Of a stretch of 64,000 nucleotides of DNA, positions 48,250 through 57,979 are shown in pieces. The notes beneath the pieces were generated by a model. It ran no database searches. It worked only from the letters and a program-made list of their open reading frames with translations, and was not told the origin of the DNA. The translations under genes and the position numbers were made by a program. The DNA is from a virus. Its lineage: Duplodnaviria > Heunggongvirae > Uroviricota > Caudoviricetes. Position 1 is the stretch's first letter. Every line of letters starts with the position of its first letter. The stretch spans positions 391,148 through 455,147 of IMG/VR virus record IMGVR_UViG_3300015214_000024; one strand, 5' to 3'.

Positions 48250-50097
48250 TTACTGAGCAATAAGAGTAGAGAACAATCTGATACTTCCAGTATAAGTATC
48301 CAAAGAATCAGTTGACAGTCTTGAGAATCTAACGGTGACGGTATCAAGCGGCTCAAACACATTTGCTGGAATGGTCCACGTAATAGTATGTATCAAATCA
48401 TCAGCATTTGACACTGATGCCAATGAATCTGCCGTAAAATCCCAATTTGGTGCTGGACCGCGGGATGGATAATTAGCAGGTGCGATGCCTGGGCGCTGGT
48501 ATTGATAAGCTAACGCAAGCCTTGCAGTACCTACAGCACTGTCTTCTTTAGCAACATTTGCATAGAAGGTAATTGGAAATGATGTATCATAGTTCGATGG
48601 GATGACAAAATCTGCATAAATTGCTGAATCACCCGATGGGTCAAACACCGCAACCTTACTATCTCTAACAATATCATTATTGACGTTTGGAACACCAACA
48701 TCATAATTCCATATTGCAGTAAGATCTAAACTAAACTTAGGCAATGAGTTGGCAAAATAAGAATTTATGAATGCCAAAGCTTCTTCGACAGTAGTAGCAT
48801 TTCCTAAACTTGCTTTTAGACTTGTACCAACTAAATCAGCACCTTCAGTAGTTGAGGTTGAACTGCCAATTTCAGTCTTAGTGAAATATAAGTTATCAGT
48901 AAATGCAGTATTAAGCTGAATAGAATCAGAATTAACTGTGATGCTTGAATCTGCGGCAATTATATCAATAGTATTACTAGTTTTAGTTAAACCTGCGCCA
49001 GCTGTTACACCATTTGCTAATTGAGCATCCACATATGCTTTTGAGGCTGCATCACCATTGTCAGTTGGCATTAGAAGATTAGTTATTGTATAACCATCCA
49101 TATCAATATCGCCAGCCATTGTTCCACCAACTTTGGCCAAATAATCTGCCGAATTTTCATTCGCCATAGTACCAAAACCAAGGGCCGTACTTACTTCAGA
49201 TGGTGTGCTTGACACCCATTGAGTACCATCACCGATTAAGAAATTGCCAACTGTCGGAGTGACCACACTTAATGAATTTAGTGCTGGTGATAGACCGATT
49301 AATATATCATCAGCATCAGTACCAATGACAATTCCTGGCGAATCACTTAAGATACCTCGATATTGCGCAATACCATTTTGGGCCAAAACAAAGATGTCAG
49401 CACCTGAACCTAAATTCGTACCATCAGTAATAGCACCGCCAGCTAACAAAATTTCAGTAATCGTTGCTTTATTCTGTGTACTGGCTGAAACGTCATTAAT
49501 CAATAATTCATCAAGTGGGCTGATTGCAGTGTTCTGTGCCAAGTTGGATAAGTCCATACCAAATTGAATTGGACTATTAGCAGCATCGCCATTAACTACT
49601 TTCAATCCACCACCGCCGATGGCAGTCATTTGAACTTTTTGTAACGTTAAGCCATTGAACGACAGAAACCCAGGTGTCCCAGTTATATTAGCAATAAAAT
49701 CTAAATTATCATTCTGTTCTTGTAATACTGATCCAATATCATTTTGGGTTAAGATGTTATTATCAGCAGCCGTCCCGTTTGTCCATTGTGAACCATCATA
49801 ATATAATATATGGCCTGCTTGTGGGGTGCTAGTAGACACATCAGATAAAGAATTAACATCAAAATCTGCCGATACCCAAATTGATCCATTAAATGTTAAT
49901 ACCTGACCAGTGAGCGCCGTGGATACGTTAACATCAACCAAATCATCAAGAGAGCCGCTTGAGCCGCCACTACCATTGTCACCGTCAGATGCTGCTACAA
50001 TCTGGCCTTTTGAGTTGACTGATATGTTAGCATTAGTATAAGTACCTGGTACAACACCAGTATCATCTAAGGTAACTGAATTAGAATATCTTGCCAT
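48250..50097 (-). CDS. Fibre-like virion protein
   Basis: GTY....I.VN.KG.I, LDDL.DV, DAASKAYVD, AGAGLTK. Confidence 0.8.
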   Translation of the reverse strand: MARYSNSVTLDDTGVVPGTYTNANISVNSKGQIVAASDGDNGSGGSSGSLDDLVDVNVSTALTGQVLTFNGSIWVSADFDVNSLSDVSTSTPQAGHILYYDGSQWTNGTAADNNILTQNDIGSVLQEQNDNLDFIANITGTPGFLSFNGLTLQKVQMTAIGGGGLKVVNGDAANSPIQFGMDLSNLAQNTAISPLDELLINDVSASTQNKATITEILLAGGAITDGTNLGSGADIFVLAQNGIAQYRGILSDSPGIVIGTDADDILIGLSPALNSLSVVTPTVGNFLIGDGTQWVSSTPSEVSTALGFGTMANENSADYLAKVGGTMAGDIDMDGYTITNLLMPTDNGDAASKAYVDAQLANGVTAGAGLTKTSNTIDIIAADSSITVNSDSIQLNTAFTDNLYFTKTEIGSSTSTTEGADLVGTSLKASLGNATTVEEALAFINSYFANSLPKFSLDLTAIWNYDVGVPNVNNDIVRDSKVAVFDPSGDSAIYADFVIPSNYDTSFPITFYANVAKEDSAVGTARLALAYQYQRPGIAPANYPSRGPAPNWDFTADSLASVSNADDLIHTITWTIPANVFEPLDTVTVRFSRLSTDSLDTYTGSIRLFSTLIAQ

Positions 50098-50114
50098 TGT
50101 CCGTTGTTATCCTA

Positions 50115-50450
50115 TTACACAGATTGAGTAAAACCATATATTACTGCATTAACATTATTACTAGTTGCTTGAACCAGTACCACGTGAGATGGCGGAATTA
50201 CAATACCAGTATTTTCCAATATATCATTAGGTGCGATTGGTGCTTGATACTCAATATAATCAGCAGGTGATAAATTCGCCAAAGCAGTTGATTCATCAGG
50301 TGCAGCAACAATAGCTACCGAAACTGTGACCGTTGCAGTATTTCTATTAACAATTCTAATGTTTCCAGTGGTATCAACATCAGAACCAGAAGAATATAAG
50401 GCAGTGTTTATACCTGAAGCTAAATCAACATTTTGTAAAAAGCTTGCCAT
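50115..50450 (-). CDS. Small virion structural protein
   Basis: 111 aa, beta-rich; late promoter at 50478-50485. Confidence 0.7.
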   Translation of the reverse strand: MASFLQNVDLASGINTALYSSGSDVDTTGNIRIVNRNTATVTVSVAIVAAPDESTALANLSPADYIEYQAPIAPNDILENTGIVIPPSHVVLVQATSNNVNAVIYGFTQSV

Positions 50451-50497
50451 TTACCTATCCTTCATTACATTTTAATATATTTATTACTAAATTAATT

Positions 50498-53086
50498 TTA
50501 GAACTGCGCCATAAAATATTCTTTAGCTGGTCTGCTAAACGCCTTTTCGATGGTAGTTTTCTTCGTAGTATTTTCCGAAATATCGTGGAAAATAACCTCA
50601 TCTTCCAATTTCGGTGTTTCGACGGAAGTTGTAAAGTCAAATACACTGAAAGAAAATGTTGGATTGCCATCAACACCATCTGGATATGTTATAGAAATAC
50701 CATTGTCAGAAGTAGCTTGTAATGTTCTATTAACCATTCCCGTAGGAGTAGAAACCTTAATACCACTTCCGGAATTTATTTCATCAACTAAGTCAAAATA
50801 ATCTGACACATTGTAGCCATTTATTTGATCAACATTGGTTAAGTCATTACCTGACATATTAATAGCACCAGTCATCGTGCCGCCCTGTAATGAAAGACTT
50901 GGATCTTGAACACCAGAGTGGAATTGGTACCAGGCGCCGTTCACATATGCCTCAATTACTGTTTCATCGGTATTAATTCTCAACATACCAACGTGCGGTA
51001 CCGACGGTCTAAAATTAGTTGGGCCATATGGAATAGTGATCGATTCATATCCGCCAATAATTGGATTATCCGGAATTGAAATTTGAATTGATGGACCAGT
51101 ATCATTAACTGTTATTTGATCAGTAGTTCCAATTATAGTCTTAGTAGTATAATCTGTAGCATCCCAATACATCAATCCCTCGTTGAATGATGGGTTTGAA
51201 AGCTCATCAAGCAATGAATTGCTGGCTTGGAAATCGTAAACTACATTCGTACCAGATACTACACGACCTTTAGTATCGACAGTAACTTGATTGAAAGTGC
51301 CAACTGGAATAATATCTGGCAAACTTAAATTAAGTGATGCGTCGTGTAGGCCTGAAATTGTAACAAAACCAGTAACATCACCATTAAATGTAATACTAAA
51401 ATCATCCAAGCTGAAAACAGGTGGGCCAGCCACACCATCAGCATTGGCAATATTAATACCATTTGAAGCTAACATTGTTTGATTTTCAACAGCAGTTACC
51501 CAGCCCATTGAGTTTAATTGCACTCTATTAAACCATTGGCTTGTAGGCATATTAGCATTAGGCAAGTTCAAGGTAGTTCCAATTGTAACATTACCTAAAT
51601 CAGTAACAGTTGCTTGACCTTGAACATCACCAGCCAATGTGATAGTAAAGTCATTAGGATGAATTACTGGATCGCCAATTGACATATCACCATTCACGAT
51701 AGTCATACCAGGACCGGCAGTAAGCACTCGTTTAGTTCCTGAAACTACACGACCTTTGTTATCAACTGTCACTAAATTATATTGACCAGGGGATCCTACT
51801 AAATCTAAGTCAATTGAAATAGTAGTATTAGCTAAGCCGGATATAACCGCATAACCATTAACGTCACCATCAAAATTTAAATAAAAGTCATTAACTGAAA
51901 TTTTAGTATTCGCATCATAGCCGTCTGGATCGGTGATAGTAAGACCTGAGCCAACTTCAATTTCTCGGGTTATCACACCATCATCAGTACCAACTAAATA
52001 TCCGCCAGATGGTAAATCAGTGTTCAAATCCTCTATGTAGGATTCTAAACTCTGACCATTAACTGTGATATCATCAGCTACCAATTCTTGTGTATGGATT
52101 GTCTGGAACGTACCCATATTTGCTACAATGTTACCAGTATCGTCAAAGCTCATTCCTGTTGGAATATCTTCTTCAACAGTAACTATAGATATATTACCAA
52201 ATTCATAATCAAACGGGCTTAAGAATATTTCATTAATTTCAACTTGATTACCATTGATTGATTGAACTGTATAAGTTCCATCATTTGCACTAGTTCCAGA
52301 TAAAATAATAGTGTCGCCAACTGTTAACTCAGTCTGGCTTAAGTCAATACCATAAAGTGCAAACGTCAAGCTATTAATAAACTGAAATCTAGACCCTTTA
52401 ATAGTTACTGGTGGCTGCAAGCCTGCATCAAGATTGGAATTAAATGCAGTCGTTAAGGTAATGGTATGTGATGTAACATTAGCAATCGTGTATTGGCCAT
52501 CTTGCTCATCGGTACCATCAATATCAATTTTCTGACCAGCAAAGAAACCTAAAGCTTCAAAATTTTGTGAAGCTGAAATAATCTGCCCTGGATTGTTTGC
52601 AACGATAGTGATATCACCACTGGTGGAAATAAATGACACAGTTGGCTCAAAGGAAAATTTGTTTCCTCGACGATAAAAATTTAAATTACCATCGTTATCA
52701 AATACAATGTCAATACCGTCATTCTGCCAACGCCCAGTTTCATAAACAGTATTAGCAATGCGAATGTCAGTACCCATATTATTGAGTGTAATTCCGCCAC
52801 CAGCAACCAGGCCTTTAAATTCTAGCAGTTGATTATTTTTTTGTTTGAAAATTTGGAAATTAGATGAAAGATTATAACCATTCGTGACATAATTGGCAAG
52901 GTCTGGGTCTGGGCTTCCATTTCCACCATTACCACCTGAATTTGAGCCACTTTCTACTGGTTTATTAACAAAGGCTCCAATCTGAGGATCATACACAAAT
53001 GCATCGCCTTCAACTGGATTAGATATCAGTCGAAAGTCTGGTAGGTATGAATTTGTTTTTCTTGTGCGCGATGCGTAAATTGCCAT
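50498..53086 (-). CDS. Fibre/baseplate-like virion protein
   Basis: NDGTYTV, GDV.G, VTVD.KGRV, IP.G.T..RP...GM.R.N motifs. Confidence 0.8.
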   Translation of the reverse strand: MAIYASRTRKTNSYLPDFRLISNPVEGDAFVYDPQIGAFVNKPVESGSNSGGNGGNGSPDPDLANYVTNGYNLSSNFQIFKQKNNQLLEFKGLVAGGGITLNNMGTDIRIANTVYETGRWQNDGIDIVFDNDGNLNFYRRGNKFSFEPTVSFISTSGDITIVANNPGQIISASQNFEALGFFAGQKIDIDGTDEQDGQYTIANVTSHTITLTTAFNSNLDAGLQPPVTIKGSRFQFINSLTFALYGIDLSQTELTVGDTIILSGTSANDGTYTVQSINGNQVEINEIFLSPFDYEFGNISIVTVEEDIPTGMSFDDTGNIVANMGTFQTIHTQELVADDITVNGQSLESYIEDLNTDLPSGGYLVGTDDGVITREIEVGSGLTITDPDGYDANTKISVNDFYLNFDGDVNGYAVISGLANTTISIDLDLVGSPGQYNLVTVDNKGRVVSGTKRVLTAGPGMTIVNGDMSIGDPVIHPNDFTITLAGDVQGQATVTDLGNVTIGTTLNLPNANMPTSQWFNRVQLNSMGWVTAVENQTMLASNGINIANADGVAGPPVFSLDDFSITFNGDVTGFVTISGLHDASLNLSLPDIIPVGTFNQVTVDTKGRVVSGTNVVYDFQASNSLLDELSNPSFNEGLMYWDATDYTTKTIIGTTDQITVNDTGPSIQISIPDNPIIGGYESITIPYGPTNFRPSVPHVGMLRINTDETVIEAYVNGAWYQFHSGVQDPSLSLQGGTMTGAINMSGNDLTNVDQINGYNVSDYFDLVDEINSGSGIKVSTPTGMVNRTLQATSDNGISITYPDGVDGNPTFSFSVFDFTTSVETPKLEDEVIFHDISENTTKKTTIEKAFSRPAKEYFMAQF

Positions 53087-53096
53087 TTAGCTATCC

Positions 53097-53513
53097 TCAA
53101 AAGTTCATTAAAATTCGACTTACAGAACCAAGCTGAGCTAAATCTTCTGAAGTTATTGGAGTTGGTACTACATAGTCCCTATTAATTCTTGCCCTAACAA
53201 ATACAAAATTTCCCTGGATTATGAAAGAATCAACACCAGTGTCACCATCAATACCAGATGGCATCATTGGATTTACAGGATATTCAATGTAAGGATTCAT
53301 ACTGGTAAGCATAATTGGAAACCAATCATCTTCAGTTGGATGTAGTTCTAAGGTTGCTTCAATGTAAAGGCGGCCAGTAAAATTATCCAATTTAGCACTG
53401 ATGGTATGTATTCCGTCAGAAAATCCATAAAATCCATCTGCTTTGACCGCCGGGCCAGTGACATTTAGACTGCCACTCGAATCGCCCATTAATTCATAAC
53501 TTTGTATAGACAC
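53097..53513 (-). CDS. Hypothetical protein (probably structural)
   Basis: 138 aa; heads the late operon. Confidence 0.7.
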   Translation of the reverse strand: MSIQSYELMGDSSGSLNVTGPAVKADGFYGFSDGIHTISAKLDNFTGRLYIEATLELHPTEDDWFPIMLTSMNPYIEYPVNPMMPSGIDGDTGVDSFIIQGNFVFVRARINRDYVVPTPITSEDLAQLGSVSRILMNF

Positions 53514-53516
53514 AAA

Positions 53517-53567
53517 AATCCCAGCCTAAATAAACGTTTATCAAACTTATTTATTTAGACCGGGATT
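53517..53567 (-). promoter_or_regulatory. Late promoter (53548-53555) inside a long imperfect inverted repeat covering the SD
   Basis: aatcccggtctaaataaa ... tttatttaggctgggatt-ttt-GTG. Confidence 0.65.
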
Positions 53568-53586
53568 GTATGGTGAGTTAATTTTT

Positions 53587-53931
53587 TTATGCTATTTGGA
53601 GGACTTTTGGTTTTCTGCCTCGCTTTTTGCCTGCTTCTTTTGGACTTCCATCTTTTTTAAGGCCATACACTGAAGCTAGTTTTAGCGGATCCATTCCATC
53701 TATTGTAATAATTTGATTGGGCACTACGTGAAGTTGACGACCGTCAACAGTGCTAATGCAGAAAAAATCTATTTTGGTATCATTTCGCCTTATATACGTT
53801 AGGCTAACGGTTTCTTTAGTTCGTCCTTGCGTTACGCCGCCGAGACCAAGGAGTGGACGTTCTATCATCATTTCTGCTCCTGGTTTGAGAACGTTTTTGC
53901 TGACAAAACCTTCAATAAGTCCTAAATCCAT
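53587..53931 (-). CDS. Hypothetical protein with a basic C-terminus
   Basis: I.TIDGM.P.KLA..YGL..DG...GKKRGRKPK. Confidence 0.75.
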   Translation of the reverse strand: MDLGLIEGFVSKNVLKPGAEMMIERPLLGLGGVTQGRTKETVSLTYIRRNDTKIDFFCISTVDGRQLHVVPNQIITIDGMDPLKLASVYGLKKDGSPKEAGKKRGRKPKVLQIA

Positions 53932-54053
53932 ATTTTTAACCTTTATTATTATAGGGTGGTAAACAATCCCATAGTATTAACATATTTCAACAAGTCAGTC
54001 AAGCAAACATTTCAGTCAGTTACCCATAAATAACAGTGAAAGGAGAAAACATT

Positions 54054-54221
54054 ATGGCTAAAATAGTAGAAACTAACACTATCTTGACTATTAGCAAATT
54101 AGTTAAGACTAGTGATAATACAGAAACATTAGAATTGCCAGAAGATTTTACTGACACGGTACTTGAGCTTGTAGCACAATTACTTGGCAGTGACTATGTT
54201 GTTGAACTAACTGTCGCCTAA
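54054..54221 (+). CDS. Small hypothetical protein
   Basis: CATAAATA at 54025, AAGGAG SD, ATG 54054 (MAKIVE). Confidence 0.75.
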   Translation: MAKIVETNTILTISKLVKTSDNTETLELPEDFTDTVLELVAQLLGSDYVVELTVA

Positions 54222-54277
54222 TAATCTTCTGATAAATATTAACGTGGGACGAATGTCCAACTAAAGGAGTTATCAAA

Positions 54278-54628
54278 ATGGACCACGACAATTTTCTTTC
54301 CGAACTTGAACGCTGCATTTTAGCAAACTCAAGTTCACCACCAGATCTGCTTCCAAAATCATACAGTTCAGACGATCTTGCCTCTATGTATCTCAATGGA
54401 GACTTTGATCCAGAAGAAGATGAAGTTTATTACAGTGAAGAAGATCTCGAAGAAGAAGATGAAGATATCATCCAGGTAATTTACATCGACGACAGTAACT
54501 TTTCAAAGCTTGATCCTGAAGAAATTAAAGCATTTATCAACAACTTATCAACCATATTAGGTGTTGATGCTTATTCTGAAGAAGAAATTGCTCGATTTAT
54601 TGAACAATGTAAAAAGCCTAAAGACTGA
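54278..54628 (+). CDS. Acidic hypothetical protein
   Basis: GATAAATA at 54231, AAGGAG SD; D/E-rich. Confidence 0.7.
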   Translation: MDHDNFLSELERCILANSSSPPDLLPKSYSSDDLASMYLNGDFDPEEDEVYYSEEDLEEEDEDIIQVIYIDDSNFSKLDPEEIKAFINNLSTILGVDAYSEEEIARFIEQCKKPKD

Positions 54629-54634
54629 GGTAAA

Positions 54635-54817
54635 ATGGAACACTGGCTAGCGGTAACACTCCTTTGGGGTGGTGGAACACTTATTGTACTTTGCTTACTC
54701 AAACTATTGTTTAGTTTGATGTCAAATCCTTTTGACGACCTTGATGATGAAGACTTGAAGGAAATCGATGAGGCAGGTAAAAATCTAACTGACCTAGGCG
54801 GTAAAATTAACTTTTAA
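54635..54817 (+). CDS. Small single-TM protein
   Basis: Hydrophobic N-terminus, acidic tail; GAGG SD. Confidence 0.6.
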   Translation: MEHWLAVTLLWGGGTLIVLCLLKLLFSLMSNPFDDLDDEDLKEIDEAGKNLTDLGGKINF

Positions 54818-55149
54818 AATAAAATAAGTCGGTCAATGAAATCAGCCAACCGTTCAATTGTTGACGAATGTTGATCATACGCATAATATTCAATAACAAA
54901 CTGTTTCCTATTATCTCCCGGATAGGTAAATTTCTCACCCACAATTTGTTGTCCTAAATTTGGTTCACCCACTGCATAGATAATATCTTCCATTCGATAA
55001 TAACTATATCCTTCATCCACTATCTGAATGTTTTCAAAAGCATATTCAGGCGGCCACAATGCCTCAATAATTAAAGGCATTGCAACCTTAAGTGCATCTA
55101 TGTGGCTAGGGACGAATTTTCCCTGATAGATAATTTTTAATATAATCAT
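54814..55149 (-). CDS. Hypothetical protein
   Basis: 111 aa; ATGA overlap with the upstream gene. Confidence 0.6.
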   Translation of the reverse strand: MIILKIIYQGKFVPSHIDALKVAMPLIIEALWPPEYAFENIQIVDEGYSYYRMEDIIYAVGEPNLGQQIVGEKFTYPGDNRKQFVIEYYAYDQHSSTIERLADFIDRLILF

Positions 55150-55427
55150 TTGACAAGGCTGTAATAAGTTTCAAAAGCTTCCGGAATTTGAATATTATTC
55201 AGTTCAAGACGGTGCTTGAGTTCATCCATGCCAACCATATTGACCACATTCAGCCAATTGGAATAAGTTTCCTCTTCCGTGGCACATTCAAGATTCCACA
55301 GCTTTACCAACATCTCATTAAAAACTTCTTCGCCTTTCAGGGTTACTTGGCGAGCGACATAAAATGCCTGCAGGATTTCAGGATGTCGTTTGTTTATGTC
55401 GTCCCAATTTAAATCAATAGAGGCCAT
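55146..55427 (-). CDS. Hypothetical protein
   Basis: 93 aa; GGAG SD. Confidence 0.65.
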   Translation of the reverse strand: MASIDLNWDDINKRHPEILQAFYVARQVTLKGEEVFNEMLVKLWNLECATEEETYSNWLNVVNMVGMDELKHRLELNNIQIPEAFETYYSLVK

Positions 55428-55533
55428 TCATTTTTCTCCGAAATTGCAGCGCCCATCTTCTTTAATATAAGCGCGAAGCGCGAAAAATTTACCTTTCGGC
55501 GAAAATTTTCCACCAGTTCAATAAACTACATAC

Positions 55534-55878
55534 TTATTTGCAAAACAGCGCGAAATCAATTTCCCAAGGTTCCATAATAGGATCAAGTGCTTCTCGCAAT
55601 TTTTCATTATAGACATAAAAATTAATACGATCGTGATTTGTCCAAGTCGAAACAATCTTACGTAACTCTACATTAAACCATTCCAACTGTGCCCAAGCGG
55701 CGGCTTCGCGTTCAGCTTTAGGAAGTTCAGTCATTGACTCAAACATCATATCACTATGTTGTCTCCTGAGATCGTGAAGTCGGCCCGAAAGATCATTCAT
55801 CATATGTGCCCATTCTTCACTATGGGTGGAAACCACATATGGAATCACTGTAGTAGCTTGAAAGCTGTTATCTGACAT
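55534..55878 (-). CDS. Hypothetical protein (divergent member of paralogue family A)
   Basis: STWTNHDRINFY...IMEPWE. Confidence 0.6.
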   Translation of the reverse strand: MSDNSFQATTVIPYVVSTHSEEWAHMMNDLSGRLHDLRRQHSDMMFESMTELPKAEREAAAWAQLEWFNVELRKIVSTWTNHDRINFYVYNEKLREALDPIMEPWEIDFALFCK

Positions 55879-56168
55879 TCGTCCATCCATTCCAGTACAA
55901 TGCTCTGTTGATAAAAATACTTACAAAATATAATTTGTTCTTCCCAGGAAAGTTTATCCCATCGGATTTTCAACCATCGGCAAAAATCCAAATAATATCG
56001 TTCCCTAATCCTAAAAGTCCCATTAGTAAACACTACATCATTAGGTGCTTTCTTTTCCCAATCAAGTATTTCCGTATCCTGCTTGGCCAAGAGGTCTTGC
56101 GTATATGGTTCTACTTCTTCTGAAATCAGCGTAATGATTTGTTTTTCCATCTGGGTCAATTCTATCAT
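55845..56168 (-). CDS. Paralogue family A protein
   Basis: WDKLSWEEQI...MDECQITAFKLL. Confidence 0.75.
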   Translation of the reverse strand: MIELTQMEKQIITLISEEVEPYTQDLLAKQDTEILDWEKKAPNDVVFTNGTFRIRERYYLDFCRWLKIRWDKLSWEEQIIFCKYFYQQSIVLEWMDECQITAFKLLQ

Positions 56169-56440
56169 AATAGTATCTTATATGCGGTAAATTGAACACT
56201 GTCAAGGAATGATTGGAAATAACCATTATGGCGCCACCGCAAAGCAAGTTGAATTTGTTCTTCCCAGGTGCATTCTTCCCATATTAGTTTAAAGAGTCTA
56301 CCATAGTGGTAATCGTGATCCATTATACTCGCCTCCAGCTCGTCATCAGTTAGGCGGCCATTTTTATGATAATGCGTAATCACAGACCTGTCGTGCCTTT
56401 CCTTGGCGGTAATTTCTTTGGCGGCGTGAGGAATATTCAT
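56165..56440 (-). CDS. Paralogue family A protein
   Basis: WEECTWEEQI...LDSVQFTAYKIL. Confidence 0.75.
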   Translation of the reverse strand: MNIPHAAKEITAKERHDRSVITHYHKNGRLTDDELEASIMDHDYHYGRLFKLIWEECTWEEQIQLALRWRHNGYFQSFLDSVQFTAYKILL

Positions 56441-57438
56441 TAGTTTTTCATTATCCTATAACCTAATATTTTAGTATAATGTTTCAAGATCCAGTTGGGA
56501 ATGGAGCAGAAGGTACACCAAACAGACCATCAGTAGTGTATCTTGCTATTCCTTTGGTCACTCTGAATTCGTCAATACGACCAGTAAACCCTCCAGATGT
56601 TGAATTTCTACAGAACAATCTAAACGGTTGGGCTGAGGACGACATCGTACCAGGAACGGCCGCTGATGATTTGCCAACCATTTCACCGTTTAAATAAATT
56701 CTAATGAAATCCGCCGAATCACGGGTAATGGCCCAGAATTGCCAAGTGTCATATCCCGCAGATGCTCGATTCTTATTGGTTAAAACAGTAGTCCTGGATG
56801 GTGCACCTGTCATATAGCAATTAAATTTAAAATAAGTATCTAAACCAAATCCAAATCCCTCAGAGCCAGTCCAACTCGTTAATTTATTAAAAAACCCGCC
56901 AGTGGACGCGAAACCGCTATTCACATAATACGCCCAAAATTCGAAAGTAAACTCGCCGTCAAATAACCAATCTGAACTAGATGCAGTAGTTATACTCACA
57001 TATTGAGTGGTGGAAGTGGTATTGATATATCCACCGAATGGTGAACTTACCGGTCCGCTGACCTGAATAGTGGGTGATGTAGAAGAAGCAGTAATAGAAG
57101 AAACGTTACCCTTCACATCAGCAGCAGTGTCAGTAACTGAGGATGCATCATCCCATCTTAGCAACATAATAACATTATCCCAGTAAGGATCACCTGACGA
57201 TAAATTTGCAACCTGTGCAGTAAGGGTAGATCCAGCAAATCCCACTTGAATGGCCATACATATAATTCTCCTTTCATTCTTCAAATTTTACTCAATACTA
57301 AAGAATATTTATAGTCTGGCCAGGTGTTATTTTATCAATCCGGCTTTCTCACACAGGCACTTCATCTGTTGTTTTTGTCATTAGAACCTGGGTGTGATAT
57401 TTTTCTCTAACTTCTATTAATTTTTCATTATCCTATAA
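56439..57438. mobile_element. About 1-kb inserted cassette bounded by a 23-bp direct repeat (56439-56461 and 57416-57438)
   Basis: ATTARTTTTTCATTATCCTATAA at both ends; contains the LamG gene and its own TATAAATA (57306-57313). Confidence 0.7.
56484..57257 (-). CDS. LamG/concanavalin-A-like lectin-domain protein
   Basis: GDPYW.NV..L..D, FTFEFW, YLNG, G.IDEFRVTKGIARY, VPSAPFPT; start ATG 57257 after AGGAG. Confidence 0.85.
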   Translation of the reverse strand: MAIQVGFAGSTLTAQVANLSSGDPYWDNVIMLLRWDDASSVTDTAADVKGNVSSITASSTSPTIQVSGPVSSPFGGYINTTSTTQYVSITTASSSDWLFDGEFTFEFWAYYVNSGFASTGGFFNKLTSWTGSEGFGFGLDTYFKFNCYMTGAPSRTTVLTNKNRASAGYDTWQFWAITRDSADFIRIYLNGEMVGKSSAAVPGTMSSSAQPFRLFCRNSTSGGFTGRIDEFRVTKGIARYTTDGLFGVPSAPFPTGS

Positions 57439-57713
57439 GCTGCCAACTGATTATTGTCAAGCCTTTTTACAAAATCCTCGTTGTCAGTATGGACGGCAAT
57501 TTGGATTTGATCATCATAGGACAAAAGGCCAAACCACACTGCATTGGAGAACTTGTGCTTGTGTTTTAAATATTCTTCACGTTGGTCACATTCATCAGTC
57601 CAGGACCAATTTCCCTGATCAGCTTTCTGATATAATTGCCACAACTGTTGCCGCTGCTTCTCAAGTCTAGCTTGATATTTTTCCCTGACGTCCATTAGTC
57701 TTTCACAATCCAA
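57417..57713 (-). CDS. Paralogue family A protein
   Basis: WFGLLSYDDQI...LDNNQLAAYRIM. Confidence 0.75.
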   Translation of the reverse strand: MDCERLMDVREKYQARLEKQRQQLWQLYQKADQGNWSWTDECDQREEYLKHKHKFSNAVWFGLLSYDDQIQIAVHTDNEDFVKRLDNNQLAAYRIMKN

Positions 57714-57979
57714 TATGTGGTTAATTGACTTTCATCCAGTCTATTGATTAGTTTTGGGTGGCGGCTAATTATACAAAGGGTAATTTGATCTTCCCAGGAC
57801 AATTTGTCAAACCACATATGCAATTTAAGTAACAGTTTGGAATCAAGAGCTTTTTCCATTCGATCCAATTCATCTAGTGTAATTTTATCATAGTCAGCCT
57901 GACGCCATACTTTATGGAGAGCAGCCAGATGACTAGTGTACAGTAGATGATAACGTTCCGCGACAGGTCCTGTCCTCAT
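57695..57979 (-). CDS. Paralogue family A protein
   Basis: WFDKLSWEDQI...LDESQLTTYWIV. Confidence 0.75.
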   Translation of the reverse strand: MRTGPVAERYHLLYTSHLAALHKVWRQADYDKITLDELDRMEKALDSKLLLKLHMWFDKLSWEDQITLCIISRHPKLINRLDESQLTTYWIVKD

